Part shown: positions 46,418-56,370 of the stretch, in pieces
How positions within the stretch are numbered: position 1 is the stretch's first letter
Layout of the letters: each line of letters opens with the position of its first letter
Virus record (IMG/VR): IMGVR_UViG_3300045988_129305
Location: 25,078-89,077 of that record
DNA from: a virus
Strand: one strand, 5' to 3'
DNA: 64,000 nucleotides
Position numbers and translations under genes: made by a program
Notes under the pieces: model-generated
The model's input: the letters and a program-made list of their open reading frames with translations, nothing else
What the model was told of the DNA's origin: nothing
The model's database searches: none

Positions 46418-46570
46418 CTATATCGCAATTGTTATCACCAACATCCAAATCCAACCCAATATAGCATAACAAGCACAGAAGCCCTTTTCTACTATATCAT
46501 CAGAAAACGATATTGCTATTGTTAAACCAACTGCGGTAATCAAACTAATTGTAGCTATGCAAAATAACAT
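46418..46570 (-). CDS. small membrane protein (50 aa, not in the track)
   Basis: MLFCIATISLITAVGLTIAISF..GFCACYAILGWIWMLVITIAI. The stop is followed by GGGAGG and the next ATG. Confidence 0.4.
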   Translation of the reverse strand: MLFCIATISLITAVGLTIAISFSDDIVEKGFCACYAILGWIWMLVITIAI

Positions 46571-46575
46571 AATTA

Positions 46576-46761
46576 TTAATCCTTTATGCCCATACAAACA
46601 AAATCATCACAATAGCCACAAGCATCGGCGATTTCTTGATGTTCTTCGTCAAGATGCAAACTGCATCCTTTCGGGCCAAAATTAATCGAATTTTCTACAT
46701 CAGGAATCATATATTTACAAAACATACAACAGGGTATACAATCATGCTCACACAACTTCAA
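46576..46761 (-). CDS. Cys-rich small protein
   Basis: 61 aa, 10 Cys. Confidence 0.5.
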   Translation of the reverse strand: MKLCEHDCIPCCMFCKYMIPDVENSINFGPKGCSLHLDEEHQEIADACGYCDDFVCMGIKD

Positions 46762-47225
46762 TCAAACACATCCTCCTCTTTAATTGTCTTAATAACCGTC
46801 TCTTCATTTTGAACAAAATCATAAGCAATGATTTGATTTTTTATTTGTCTTAGCCATTTATAATAATTAGCCGCTTCATCATAGTAGTAAGGAACAAGCC
46901 CTAATGGAGATATAGATACATCTTTGCCAGCATGATTAGCTATATACCATATAGTATACTTTATACCGCCATAGGTCATTTTAGGACAATCAGCCATCAT
47001 CTTTTTTAATTGACTACTAATAACAACAAAATTGGCATTAGGACAAATTTGGCCGATATAATCAAGTAATTCTTTTCGACCATTATTTATTGGTTTAGTC
47101 GACTTGCCTTTGCTTTCATATACCTGCTTACATTCATCACAGCATACATATATTCTTGGCTTAATTTGTATTGCTTGTGATTTATCTATTTGTTTGTTAC
47201 AGATTCGGCATTTTATTTCAGACAT
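46758..47225 (-). CDS. hypothetical protein with N-terminal zinc ribbon
   Basis: 155 aa, CRICNK..CCDECK. Confidence 0.55.
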   Translation of the reverse strand: MSEIKCRICNKQIDKSQAIQIKPRIYVCCDECKQVYESKGKSTKPINNGRKELLDYIGQICPNANFVVISSQLKKMMADCPKMTYGGIKYTIWYIANHAGKDVSISPLGLVPYYYDEAANYYKWLRQIKNQIIAYDFVQNEETVIKTIKEEDVFD

Positions 47226-47227
47226 AT

Positions 47228-47467
47228 TTAATATTCAACTTCCGCCATAAGATTTACGGCATATACATCATCTGCATCACTAAATCTTACTAACGATCCA
47301 GTATTAAGATTAATGCCATTATACGTATAGCCATGAGCATTTACGGGATATCCAAACTTCATACAATATGCAGAACAGTTAGGACTTTTGAATGTATCAC
47401 CAACTTTAAGTGTCTGAAATTTAACCGTTTTATTTTTCTTCTCAATAAATTTTATCATTCCCACCAC
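47228..47467 (-). CDS. hypothetical early protein
   Basis: 79-aa ORF. Confidence 0.5.
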   Translation of the reverse strand: MVGMIKFIEKKNKTVKFQTLKVGDTFKSPNCSAYCMKFGYPVNAHGYTYNGINLNTGSLVRFSDADDVYAVNLMAEVEY

Positions 47468-47661
47468 TCACCTTTCTTGCGATAACAAATTTCAGTATAT
47501 TCTTCATATCCCGACTCTACATCATAGTCGATGCAATAATGACATACATCGCTTACCCTTTTCTTAATTTCTTCGTCCGTAGTATTATCGTCTACATAAA
47601 ACTCAAAATCATACTGACCAAGTGCGCGAACACTTATATAACCAGATACTTTCTTGGCCAT
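47455..47661 (-). CDS. hypothetical early protein
   Basis: 68-aa ORF. Confidence 0.5.
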   Translation of the reverse strand: MAKKVSGYISVRALGQYDFEFYVDDNTTDEEIKKRVSDVCHYCIDYDVESGYEEYTEICYRKKGEWWE

Positions 47662-47855
47662 TATTCTGCCTCCGCTCCAATATTTCTTATAATAGAATCT
47701 ATTACCACATTATCATACTTATTAAGTTTGTTCATTACATATCGCCTCGCAACAAAGGCGCTACAACACGTCGAAACCCTACAGACAAAACTTACATATT
47801 CCTTGCTTTCAGTTTCATAGTAATACCCGCGAATCTCATAGTTGCGCAAGTTCAT
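47661..47855 (-). CDS. hypothetical early protein
   Basis: 64-aa ORF, first gene downstream of promoter 47903-47931, with AAGGAGG SD. Confidence 0.5.
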   Translation of the reverse strand: MNLRNYEIRGYYYETESKEYVSFVCRVSTCCSAFVARRYVMNKLNKYDNVVIDSIIRNIGAEAE

Positions 47856-47902
47856 TTTTATTACCTCCTTAAAATAAAAGACAAAAGCCTTTCGCTGTAT
47901 TT

Positions 47903-47931
47903 ATATTATCACACCAAAAAGCTTTTGTCAA
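47903..47931 (-). promoter_or_regulatory. sigma-A-type promoter
   Basis: On the - strand: TTGACA (47931-47926), 17 nt ending GTGTGA, TAATAT (47908-47903). Confidence 0.55.
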
Positions 47932-47941
47932 GGGTTATTTA

Positions 47942-48835
47942 TTAATTTTTATCTTCTTCAGGGATGCTTTTCAAAATATGGGCGATTACATCAACTGTCC
48001 AGCCATTGCCAATCGCCAAGCTTCTTTGAGAGCCAGTAACGTCTTTAACGTCTGTGTACCCGTCTGGTAGCGTCTGCAATCTTTCTTGTTCAGTGTAGGT
48101 TAGAAATCTACAGAAATCTTCAAATTGAATAAGCCCAGCATTATAATTTCTATCTTGTTTGCTTGCTACAGTCCCAGATTTGTGTTTATTAGTAATATTA
48201 TCACAGCAAATAGCGCCGTTTACACGTCCCTTGCCTTCATTCCACATTCTAATGCGAGAAGGCGTTTGCTTGACTTTAAAAGGGGCGATTTTATTATATT
48301 CTGTCTCAAGAATATTTTGCAAATCAATTCCTTTATCTTCTGGAAGATTAAAAGGAATATTAGTCCAATAACATCTTTTTCTATTTTGGGCAAACACTAA
48401 ATTAGAATTTATCATTACACAATTTACGCCTAACTGTTTAGTAATCTCTTCCTTAATTTCTTTACTTATGGAAAAATTATTTTCATAAAGAAAATATTTA
48501 CAACCAGTAGCTTCTACAGCTTCAACGAATTTCATAAATAAATTCCAGCCCAAACCACTACATTCGACTTCGCGCTTGTGTTTAGCAGAACTACTTCTTG
48601 CAATACTCCACCACGTACACGGGCTACCTCCAATGACCGCATCAAAACCTTTATATTGAGCAAAATCGGTAGACATTACATCTCCCATGTATTCAATATC
48701 ATTCCAATTAGCCTTGCTTATTTTAATTGCATTTTCATCAATTTCATAAGCCACATAACGCTCAACAGGAATACCAGCTCTTTCTAAAGCCAAACGTCCG
48801 CAGCTAATACCGTCAAACAAACTTAATACTTTCAT
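47942..48835 (-). CDS. DNA (cytosine-5)-methyltransferase
   Basis: 297 aa. LSLFDGISCG (motif I), GGSPCTWWS (motif IV Pro-Cys), LYENN (motif VI-like), QRLQTLPDGYT and IGNGWTVDV (motif X). Confidence 0.85.
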   Translation of the reverse strand: MKVLSLFDGISCGRLALERAGIPVERYVAYEIDENAIKISKANWNDIEYMGDVMSTDFAQYKGFDAVIGGSPCTWWSIARSSSAKHKREVECSGLGWNLFMKFVEAVEATGCKYFLYENNFSISKEIKEEITKQLGVNCVMINSNLVFAQNRKRCYWTNIPFNLPEDKGIDLQNILETEYNKIAPFKVKQTPSRIRMWNEGKGRVNGAICCDNITNKHKSGTVASKQDRNYNAGLIQFEDFCRFLTYTEQERLQTLPDGYTDVKDVTGSQRSLAIGNGWTVDVIAHILKSIPEEDKN

Positions 48836-48847
48836 TATACACCTCTA

Positions 48848-49489
48848 TTAATTTTCAGAAATTATATCCCATTCAAGTAATAATTTCTTTTTTAATTCAT
48901 CATCAATATATTTATCTAACTTGTCATATGACAATATAGATAATTCACTGTTATCATTTGATTGAACAACACTATTAACTATATTATACCCAGCATTATA
49001 CCCTAATTTTAAGTGGTATAAACAATCATCTTGCCATATATTAGGCGGCGTAATATTGAATACCCTCGGACTTGAATATAACACATTTAAGAATTGATGA
49101 TTGTTTATCCATTGTCCATCAAGCTCAATAGATAACATATCAGCCATATCACTAAATTGCATATAACACATATTAAAAAATACTCGATTTGTATAAGCCG
49201 ATAAATTACCAGATATGAACAATCGGCTCGGCTTATCTTGTTTGAGTTTATAATATTGTTCACCTTTAGTATAAACCCAACCATCAATTTTACAATGCAG
49301 ATTCGGCAACATCGATATTATATTATCATATTGCTGTCTGTTGAATCTTTTAGATATAGTTTGATATAATGTTAATGTTATACTGTTTATACTAAGAGAT
49401 AATTTTATTTTAATATGTGTTGGATATAATTGGATATTGGCTTCTTGGAGTTGTCCAATAGCCGTAAATTTATTTGTAAGATTAATCAT
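48848..49489 (-). CDS. hypothetical early protein
   Basis: ATG 49489 after GGGAGG. The track start 49522 lies upstream of the promoter -10. Confidence 0.55.
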   Translation of the reverse strand: MINLTNKFTAIGQLQEANIQLYPTHIKIKLSLSINSITLTLYQTISKRFNRQQYDNIISMLPNLHCKIDGWVYTKGEQYYKLKQDKPSRLFISGNLSAYTNRVFFNMCYMQFSDMADMLSIELDGQWINNHQFLNVLYSSPRVFNITPPNIWQDDCLYHLKLGYNAGYNIVNSVVQSNDNSELSILSYDKLDKYIDDELKKKLLLEWDIISEN

Positions 49490-49495
49490 CTTCAA

Positions 49496-49541
49496 CAAAA
49501 CCTCCCTTACATAACTTATCACATAAAGGAGGTTTTGTCAA
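49496..49541 (-). promoter_or_regulatory. hairpin / promoter / SD composite (second copy of the architecture)
   Basis: Inverted repeat CAAAACCTCC (49496-49505) / GGAGGTTTTG (49528-49537). On the - strand: TTGACA (49541-49536), 17 nt, TAAGTT (49518-49513). The 3' arm carries the SD of 48848-49489. Confidence 0.55.
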
Positions 49542-49561
49542 GTATTATTTTATGTTATTGT

Positions 49562-50176
49562 TTAATCGCCCCAAATATTATCATCATCGGTATCAAACGG
49601 ACTGGTATTATCATCAAACGGGCTTTCAGTAGGCTTATCATCTTCAAAGGGATTAACGATAGCGCCGTTAGAATTGCCGGTAGTGGCAGTTACGGTAAGC
49701 TTCTTGAGTTCAGGAACAGTAAAATCGCCCTTTTCAATTGCCTCAACACTATGTACGCTTGCTATATAGCTACGAGTACCAATCTTACCATTGTTCTTCT
49801 GATACTCTTCAGATGCGAATACAACGCCGAAAATCTTGTTCTTGAGAGACTGTTCATCCCACTTCCAGTCAAAATTCTTATTAGACTTGGTTACAGACGT
49901 AATAAAGCCCTTAAAGAACGGAAGCGCCTTCTCCTTATAACTCCTGATGAGTACGCCATCTCTCGGCCACCACTTTTCTTCTCTGGTATCAGCGTCATAC
50001 TGCTTCTGAAAATAATTCTTGTGTTCGCCCTTACATACATCAAGCTCAATTCTCAGAAATTCCTTGTCAGAATCATCACTTACATTCTTTATGCCAACAA
50101 TATATCCACCATCGGGCAACCGCTTATAACCACTGCTGTTTTCCTGAATCTTGTCAAAATCGTTAATCTTCTTCAT
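49562..50176 (-). CDS. DUF669-like putative ssDNA-binding / recombination accessory protein
   Basis: 204 aa. N-terminus GYKRLPDGGYIVGI and acidic C-terminal tail DTDDDNIWGD. Adjacent to the Sak4-like ATPase. Family call is from memory. Confidence 0.55.
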   Translation of the reverse strand: MKKINDFDKIQENSSGYKRLPDGGYIVGIKNVSDDSDKEFLRIELDVCKGEHKNYFQKQYDADTREEKWWPRDGVLIRSYKEKALPFFKGFITSVTKSNKNFDWKWDEQSLKNKIFGVVFASEEYQKNNGKIGTRSYIASVHSVEAIEKGDFTVPELKKLTVTATTGNSNGAIVNPFEDDKPTESPFDDNTSPFDTDDDNIWGD

Positions 50177-50209
50177 AAATAATTTTCTCCTTGAATTTTT
50201 ACATCATTT

Positions 50210-50857
50210 TTAATTCTTAGATTCTTTTGCTTTAGGCTGAGATTTAAGCCCATAATATTCCCTAATGGTATCATCTACTATTTTAAGGTCATTGTCAATT
50301 TCTATATCATCAAACATACCCATAGGTGACTTACAAGGATTAGTGCCATCAGACTGAGTGACAAAATAATGCCGCTTTTCATCGGCTTTGGTCAACAGTA
50401 CAATAGTAAACAACCCCTCTATTGTGAGTTGCTGGTCGAGCATCTTACCAAGAGTTTTGGCTTTAACCTTACCATTCTCATCAGTATCAATGTGTTGCAT
50501 AATATATACTATAGTATCAGGTGAAGTATCTTCCTGTATATATCTGAGCATCTCTTCATAGTTTTTAGCCATAAGAGTAAACTTCGTATAGCCAGTCTCA
50601 TTCGCCTTTTCAAAGCTCTCAAAAGCCATGAGATACTGAGCATCATCAATTACATAACTAAGACTCTGACCACTTGAAACAGCACCCTTAATCATAGCAT
50701 AAGTTGCTTTATTTGCCTTCTTCAGTTTATTTACATTTCTAAACGGAAACGGCTTAGAAGCTACATTAAGCACTCTTACATCCTCTGAATTAAAATTACG
50801 CATAGAGGCTGATTTGCCAGAGCCACTTTCGCCGAGTATGAGTACAGCTACTCCCAA
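50210..50857 (-). CDS. Sak4-like (AAA_24) RecA-fold ATPase
   Basis: 215 aa with P-loop ILGESGSGKSAS at the extreme N-terminus. Confidence 0.65.
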   Translation of the reverse strand: MGVAVLILGESGSGKSASMRNFNSEDVRVLNVASKPFPFRNVNKLKKANKATYAMIKGAVSSGQSLSYVIDDAQYLMAFESFEKANETGYTKFTLMAKNYEEMLRYIQEDTSPDTIVYIMQHIDTDENGKVKAKTLGKMLDQQLTIEGLFTIVLLTKADEKRHYFVTQSDGTNPCKSPMGMFDDIEIDNDLKIVDDTIREYYGLKSQPKAKESKN

Positions 50858-50880
50858 TTTACATCATATCCTTTCTTTAA

Positions 50881-51123
50881 TTAAGTAATTTCAGAATTAT
50901 ATACTTTCTTAGTTGCGCCACATTTATCGCATATATATGTAATGCCATCACCAACAGCATTATCATAGCATGTCATGATGCGCCAGTGATGATTAAAGCC
51001 GCACGGGCATTCGCTCTCAGCATTGCTTAACTGCTCATCAGACTTGCAATCACACGACCCAATGAATGGCGCATTTACTTTGCCACATCTTGGACAAATC
51101 CATCCTTCTTTCATATTATCCAA
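50881..51123 (-). CDS. zinc-ribbon protein
   Basis: 80 aa, CPRCG..CDC..CPCG..CDKCG. Confidence 0.55.
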   Translation of the reverse strand: MDNMKEGWICPRCGKVNAPFIGSCDCKSDEQLSNAESECPCGFNHHWRIMTCYDNAVGDGITYICDKCGATKKVYNSEIT

Positions 51124-51478
51124 CCTTTACAATACGTATATAATTATCTATAACTGAAACGTTATAACCCCCATCAAAAGTATTAAGAAACCGATTAACC
51201 TTTTTAAGAAGCTGAGGTAACACCATTGGGTCAAAATGTGCGCCGCCTAAATCGCCACCATAATCAACTGCATATTCAAGCACCTTGTTCAGCAAATCAA
51301 TTTGGTTATTGGATAAGGATATTGTATCTATTGTTGGCGCCGATGTAATATAACCCCACATCATGTCAATAGCATCATTATAGCCATCCATTTCAGCATA
51401 TGACATTCCCGCTCCTGTTATATTATCATCTTCAGCATAAACAGGTTTATTAAGTTTATCAATATCAATTAATCTCAT
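51116..51478 (-). CDS. hypothetical early protein
   Basis: 120-aa ORF. Confidence 0.55.
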   Translation of the reverse strand: MRLIDIDKLNKPVYAEDDNITGAGMSYAEMDGYNDAIDMMWGYITSAPTIDTISLSNNQIDLLNKVLEYAVDYGGDLGGAHFDPMVLPQLLKKVNRFLNTFDGGYNVSVIDNYIRIVKVG

Positions 51479-51711
51479 TATCTCACCTCAATATAAGCAG
51501 CATCCAGTAAATCCTCTAAACTGCTTATCTCACTACTTCCAATATAATCTCCATCATCATCGAAATATTGATATATTGTACATGGTCTTGCTTCAATACC
51601 AGCGCATTCTTTTAATTTATTATGAAATTTGTTTATGTTATAGCAACTATCTCTTATTTCTTGAAGCTGTTGTTTTGTTATATAGTGCATTAATAACTCC
51701 TTTGATTCCAT
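51478..51711 (-). CDS. hypothetical early protein
   Basis: 77-aa ORF. Confidence 0.5.
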   Translation of the reverse strand: MESKELLMHYITKQQLQEIRDSCYNINKFHNKLKECAGIEARPCTIYQYFDDDGDYIGSSEISSLEDLLDAAYIEVR

Positions 51712-51878
51712 GCCTCAATAGCCATATCTTTTGTGTTCTTCTCTTTTGTGCAATATGAGCATCTTGGACATGCAATACGATATGTAATTTCATCGCTTTG
51801 AAAATGACCATATGGTATTATCCTACCACGACTATAGCTACATTTTTTACAAGGCATTAATTTGAAATTATCCATCAA
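51690..51878 (-). CDS. Lar-like restriction alleviation protein
   Basis: 62 aa. PCKKCS..(spacer)..CPRCSYC..MAIEAWNQR matches the Lar family pattern (two CxxC pairs plus AIEAWNRR). Confidence 0.65.
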   Translation of the reverse strand: MMDNFKLMPCKKCSYSRGRIIPYGHFQSDEITYRIACPRCSYCTKEKNTKDMAIEAWNQRSY

Positions 51879-52080
51879 CTTACCTCAACTATAAACATTA
51901 ACGCCATAATCAAGATTATCCTCATTCTTAATTTTCGCTATTTTATCAGCGGATAAGGTTCGATTGCTTGTATAAACAATATGATCATCAGTTCGATTAG
52001 GACAAAAAATATACATTTACAATAATATGAGTTAGTTATTTTGTTTACTCGAAATGGGCAATTATAATTATAACAATTTA

Positions 52081-52395
52081 TCATTCTATTTCTCCCAACC
52101 AAAATTCACGACGGCAAGTACAGCAATTAGTTATTTCATTATCATTGCTATCTTTACAAACATCAGCAATAACTTCACACGGCTGTATAGCAATTATCCC
52201 ATTACTATCCAAAGCAGGGTTAGGAAACATTTTCAGAAATTCGCTCTGTCTCATTTTAACAGGATGTTCTTTAGCCCACTTTTCTGTTTCGAACACCACC
52301 TCTTCTGGATTTATATAATCATTATACAAATCTGTTACTCTACAAGTTTGCTTTAACATACGCCTACGAATCTTAACAAATTCTACAGCATCCAT
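52081..52395 (-). CDS. hypothetical early protein
   Basis: 104-aa ORF, Cys-rich C-terminus. Confidence 0.55.
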   Translation of the reverse strand: MDAVEFVKIRRRMLKQTCRVTDLYNDYINPEEVVFETEKWAKEHPVKMRQSEFLKMFPNPALDSNGIIAIQPCEVIADVCKDSNDNEITNCCTCRREFWLGEIE

Positions 52396-52399
52396 TTAT

Positions 52400-55300
52400 T
52401 TAATCCTCCAATCTTTTATAACATTTTATATAAGTTTCCATTTCAGCCGACTTAACAAATTCGCCATTTTCATTTTTACGCCATTTATTTCTTTCGGCTA
52501 ATACACATCTAACAACATTACCAACAACCAACTCACTCGATTTATTAACGTATTGTTTAGCTAATTTATATCGCCTATTGGCTCCATAACAAATATTATA
52601 TAACGATAAAAATACTGAACCATAACTATTCTTTTCTATATTTGTTATTATCCAGTCATTAGCATCTCGTGTCGAATCTGTTAGATTTGAATAGCCTAAT
52701 AGCTCTATTTGCCATTTGATTTGTTCGCCGATGGTTGTTTTTGGCATTGGGGTCGAACGCAATAGACCCAATATAACACTACGATTATCAATCCCACTTG
52801 CTGTTTTACCGGTCATTTTTTGAGTATAGAGCTTTAACTGTTCTATATTATAACCCATCTCAACCCATTTGTCAAGCTTAATTGTCTTACATTTATAAAA
52901 TTTATTAAATATTTCTACGCCTTTAAGCAATGCATTAGGTTTACCAAATTCTTCAAAATAACCTATTTTAATCAATATATCAAGCTGTCGACTATCTGGT
53001 CTTGAATCAAGCCATTGCATGGCATATAATACATCAATAAAATTCTTAAAATTTATATCGCGTATACCATATAACGCCTCCGCTACATTGGCACTCATAT
53101 GCTTAATAGAATTTAAGCCTTGATATATTATATTTTTATCTTTATCAAGAAAATATTTAGCTCTTGAATGGCGAAATTTAGGCGGTTTTAATGCTATGTT
53201 ACGCTGTTTAATTAGCTCTGTACCATTAGCCAAATCCTCGTCATTGTTAGCATTATTAAGCAAAGCCGTACAAAATTCTATAGGATAATAATATCTAAGA
53301 TATGCACATAGATACCCAATCATTGAGTAGCCTGTACTATGATTATATCCAAATTGATAATTACTGCTGTCCTCTATTATCTGTAGAAACGCCCTTGCTT
53401 CTTGTTCTGCCTCTTCTCTCGGTTTAGACGATTTGTTACAATAACCCTCAAGAATTTGTGGCAATGCTTTTTGTAGCCTATCTACTTGTTTACGACCAAT
53501 AGCGCGACGAACGTTATCGGCATCAGAACCACTAAGCCCACATATTTCCTGAAGAAATTTTATCGTATCTTCTTGGAATACAAGATAACCGTGATTGTCT
53601 GCCAATAATTCATCTATCTGTTCTGATGGATTATGATTTGGCTCTTTATTAAGTAATCTATCTCTATAACTTTCACCAGACGGCCTAAGCGCAGCATTAG
53701 TAAGAGACATATCATTGATAGTATGAGGCGACATTTTCTTTAGGCTATCAAAAGCAAACTTTGATTCAAACTGAAATATACCAACAGGCGAAGTTATCAT
53801 GTCAGCCCATACAGCTTCATCATTCCAATTAATTTCATGTGATTTAGGATATTTAATACCAGCTAATTCACAAGTGTCTCGAATGATTTGTATATTTCTA
53901 AGCCCAAGTATATCGTACTTAACAAGACCGGTTTCATGTACCTCTTCCATATTAATATAAAGAATCTGTTGCCCATCATTATTGATAAAGCAACCATAAT
54001 TTTCTATAAGATTAATAGGACTGGCCACAATCCCGGCAGGATGCATAGACTGAGAAACTACAGTACCATTAAGCCCATCAAAATAATAGAATAAATCGGG
54101 ATATTTCTTTTTTGTTTCTTCAGGATTAGTCGCAAACTCATCTTTAATTTGCTTAATTGCAGAAAGAGTGTAAGGCGAGTTCTTATCTCTATAAGCCAAC
54201 GCACGACCTATTTCGTCTATACAACCCTTATCGTTCACCGTACCGCTTGCAAGGATATAAGCCGTTTTTTCAGTGCCAAAACGATTAATAATATAATCAT
54301 ATACCAAATGTCGTTGATCGGGAGCTATATCAACATCTATATCGCCGACTTCTGTTCTATATTCATTAGCAAAACGTGCAAATATAGTATGCCATGTAAA
54401 TGGATTAACATCTATTATATCACTAATATATGCCTCCATAGAGCCGCCAACAGAACCACGGCAGAACCCAACAGGTATATTATGTTCCCAACACCAACTA
54501 ATCATCTCAGACATAAAGAGCATAAAGCCCGTCATGCCGATTTTCTTTAATACACGCATTTCTTCTTTTATACGTGCTACATATTCGGCTCTTTGCGACT
54601 TATCAATTATACCTTTTTGTTCTTTATCTAACAACTTAGTCTTTAGCGTGTCCCATAATATTTTTTCATCATCATCACCGTAAAGGATAGGGTATTTAAG
54701 AGACGTGTCGAGTTCAAACGGCTCGACACTATCAGCCATAACATTAGTATTTTCTATGGCTTGCAGATATATGTCTTTAGATAATACGCCTTGCTTATCA
54801 AACATATCTACCAATTCATCATATGACTTATATGTTAAATCAAATGAGTCCTCATTAGCAAATTCTATTTTCTTAGCAAGTTGCAATATTGTTCGACACT
54901 CGGCTTTATAAGTATTAAGACTATGAGTATCAGTACCAGCTATAAGCGGTTTATTATATTTTTTAGCCATTTCTATAAGCCATAAATTATAATCTTTCTG
55001 TTCTTGACTATTTATATGTGGCTGAATCTCATAATAGTCATAAGCTTGTAAAATACGCTCATCAATATCTATATCGCCCCTACGCATTTTATTAAGCGGA
55101 GATGCAAGACAAGCAGATATTTTTATAATATTAGGACTAATAGCCAAAAATTCATCAAATGTAATTCTCGGCTTATAATAGAAATGGTCGGGCGTAGAAG
55201 CTATATAACATAGCTTATTAAGCTCTTTTAGCCCCTCATAATTCATAGCAATAAGAATGGTATGGTAGTTGTCTCTGACTTTCTTTTTGCCGTCTTTAAG

Positions 55301-55612
55301 AATCCTATTCAGTGCTTTTTGAACTTCTTCATCATCTCGGCCTAATTGGGACTCATACCATTCATCTGATATTTCAGGATATTCAAATAGCTCTTTAGTT
55401 AGGTAACATTCAACGCCATGTAGATACTTAATACCATTAGCATCACAATACATTTTCTTTTCTACCCATGAGAAAATATTGCCGTGTTCAGTAAAGCATA
55501 TTGCTGTCTGCCCTAATTCTTTAGCCCTATTTACATAGAGCCTATAATTAGTACAACTATCAAGTAAGGACTGTTCAGTATGTAAATGATAACATACATA
55601 ATTATTTCTCAT
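52400..55612 (-). CDS. DNA polymerase III alpha-subunit-like replicative polymerase (PHP + pol domain)
   Basis: 1070 aa. PHP motif CYHLHTEQSLLDS, palm GFCRGSVGGSMEAYISDIIDVNP and catalytic DIDVDI. Confidence 0.9.
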   Translation of the reverse strand: MRNNYVCYHLHTEQSLLDSCTNYRLYVNRAKELGQTAICFTEHGNIFSWVEKKMYCDANGIKYLHGVECYLTKELFEYPEISDEWYESQLGRDDEEVQKALNRILKDGKKKVRDNYHTILIAMNYEGLKELNKLCYIASTPDHFYYKPRITFDEFLAISPNIIKISACLASPLNKMRRGDIDIDERILQAYDYYEIQPHINSQEQKDYNLWLIEMAKKYNKPLIAGTDTHSLNTYKAECRTILQLAKKIEFANEDSFDLTYKSYDELVDMFDKQGVLSKDIYLQAIENTNVMADSVEPFELDTSLKYPILYGDDDEKILWDTLKTKLLDKEQKGIIDKSQRAEYVARIKEEMRVLKKIGMTGFMLFMSEMISWCWEHNIPVGFCRGSVGGSMEAYISDIIDVNPFTWHTIFARFANEYRTEVGDIDVDIAPDQRHLVYDYIINRFGTEKTAYILASGTVNDKGCIDEIGRALAYRDKNSPYTLSAIKQIKDEFATNPEETKKKYPDLFYYFDGLNGTVVSQSMHPAGIVASPINLIENYGCFINNDGQQILYINMEEVHETGLVKYDILGLRNIQIIRDTCELAGIKYPKSHEINWNDEAVWADMITSPVGIFQFESKFAFDSLKKMSPHTINDMSLTNAALRPSGESYRDRLLNKEPNHNPSEQIDELLADNHGYLVFQEDTIKFLQEICGLSGSDADNVRRAIGRKQVDRLQKALPQILEGYCNKSSKPREEAEQEARAFLQIIEDSSNYQFGYNHSTGYSMIGYLCAYLRYYYPIEFCTALLNNANNDEDLANGTELIKQRNIALKPPKFRHSRAKYFLDKDKNIIYQGLNSIKHMSANVAEALYGIRDINFKNFIDVLYAMQWLDSRPDSRQLDILIKIGYFEEFGKPNALLKGVEIFNKFYKCKTIKLDKWVEMGYNIEQLKLYTQKMTGKTASGIDNRSVILGLLRSTPMPKTTIGEQIKWQIELLGYSNLTDSTRDANDWIITNIEKNSYGSVFLSLYNICYGANRRYKLAKQYVNKSSELVVGNVVRCVLAERNKWRKNENGEFVKSAEMETYIKCYKRLED

Positions 55613-56288
55613 GTTGTATTCTCCTTACTGGCATTGTAACCACATCAGCTTTGCTCCACCCTGCTTTCAAACGATGACAAATAGCAGACGGAGTTGTGCC
55701 AAGTATATTAGCCCATTCCGTCATGTTATGAGTAACGCCATTAACAGTAATGTTTATATTAGTAGTTTTATTGTTTGCTTGTTCTTGAATTGTAAGCCAC
55801 GTACAATTTGATGGCGTATAATCTCCATTTGTATCTTTGCGTTCAATGGTATATACGCCTCGTTCCGCACTTTCATCATAGCCCGTACTCAAAGCCCATT
55901 GCTTAAATGATTCATAAGAGCTTCGCCATTCATCACAAACCTTAATACCCCTTGCACCATATGCATTATACCGCTTATTATGTGGATTATAGCATCGAGA
56001 TTTCATGCCCTGCCATACACAATATAGTCTTGAGCCTGTTTCGTGATGAATTGCTTTTGATTTTTTTAAATTATCTATGTTATAACATCCACATGACTTA
56101 GTATGACCATTACGCAAATATACACCACTTGTGACAAATTCTTTGCCACAATCACACCGGTATTTCCACATTGTTGATTTACTGCCACATGGTGAGACAA
56201 AATCATCTACACGATATAATACAGTTACACGACTATTCGGCACATTATGTTCGCGCATTATCCAGCCTGTCATATCTATCAATTTCAT
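55602..56288 (-). CDS. zinc-finger DNA-binding protein of a homing-endonuclease-associated family
   Basis: 228 aa. CDCGKE..GHTKSCGC and RLYCVWQGMKSRCYNPHNKRYNAYGARGIKVCDEW, a motif common in free-standing phage HNH/AP2-like proteins (from memory). Overlaps the polymerase start by 11 nt. Confidence 0.6.
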   Translation of the reverse strand: MKLIDMTGWIMREHNVPNSRVTVLYRVDDFVSPCGSKSTMWKYRCDCGKEFVTSGVYLRNGHTKSCGCYNIDNLKKSKAIHHETGSRLYCVWQGMKSRCYNPHNKRYNAYGARGIKVCDEWRSSYESFKQWALSTGYDESAERGVYTIERKDTNGDYTPSNCTWLTIQEQANNKTTNINITVNGVTHNMTEWANILGTTPSAICHRLKAGWSKADVVTMPVRRIQHEK

Positions 56289-56370
56289 TCGCTATTTACC
56301 TCATTATTGCTAAGAGACGAATGTTTATGATAATTTGCCCATATCGGTTCCATTATTTATCCTCATAATT

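Noticed and set aside
49430-50182. 250-aa + strand ORF
   Set aside because: It is entirely antisense to the DUF669-like gene and to the promoter and SD region of 48848-49489. It has a low-complexity Ile/Leu-rich translation, no SD, and breaks the uniform - strand operon.
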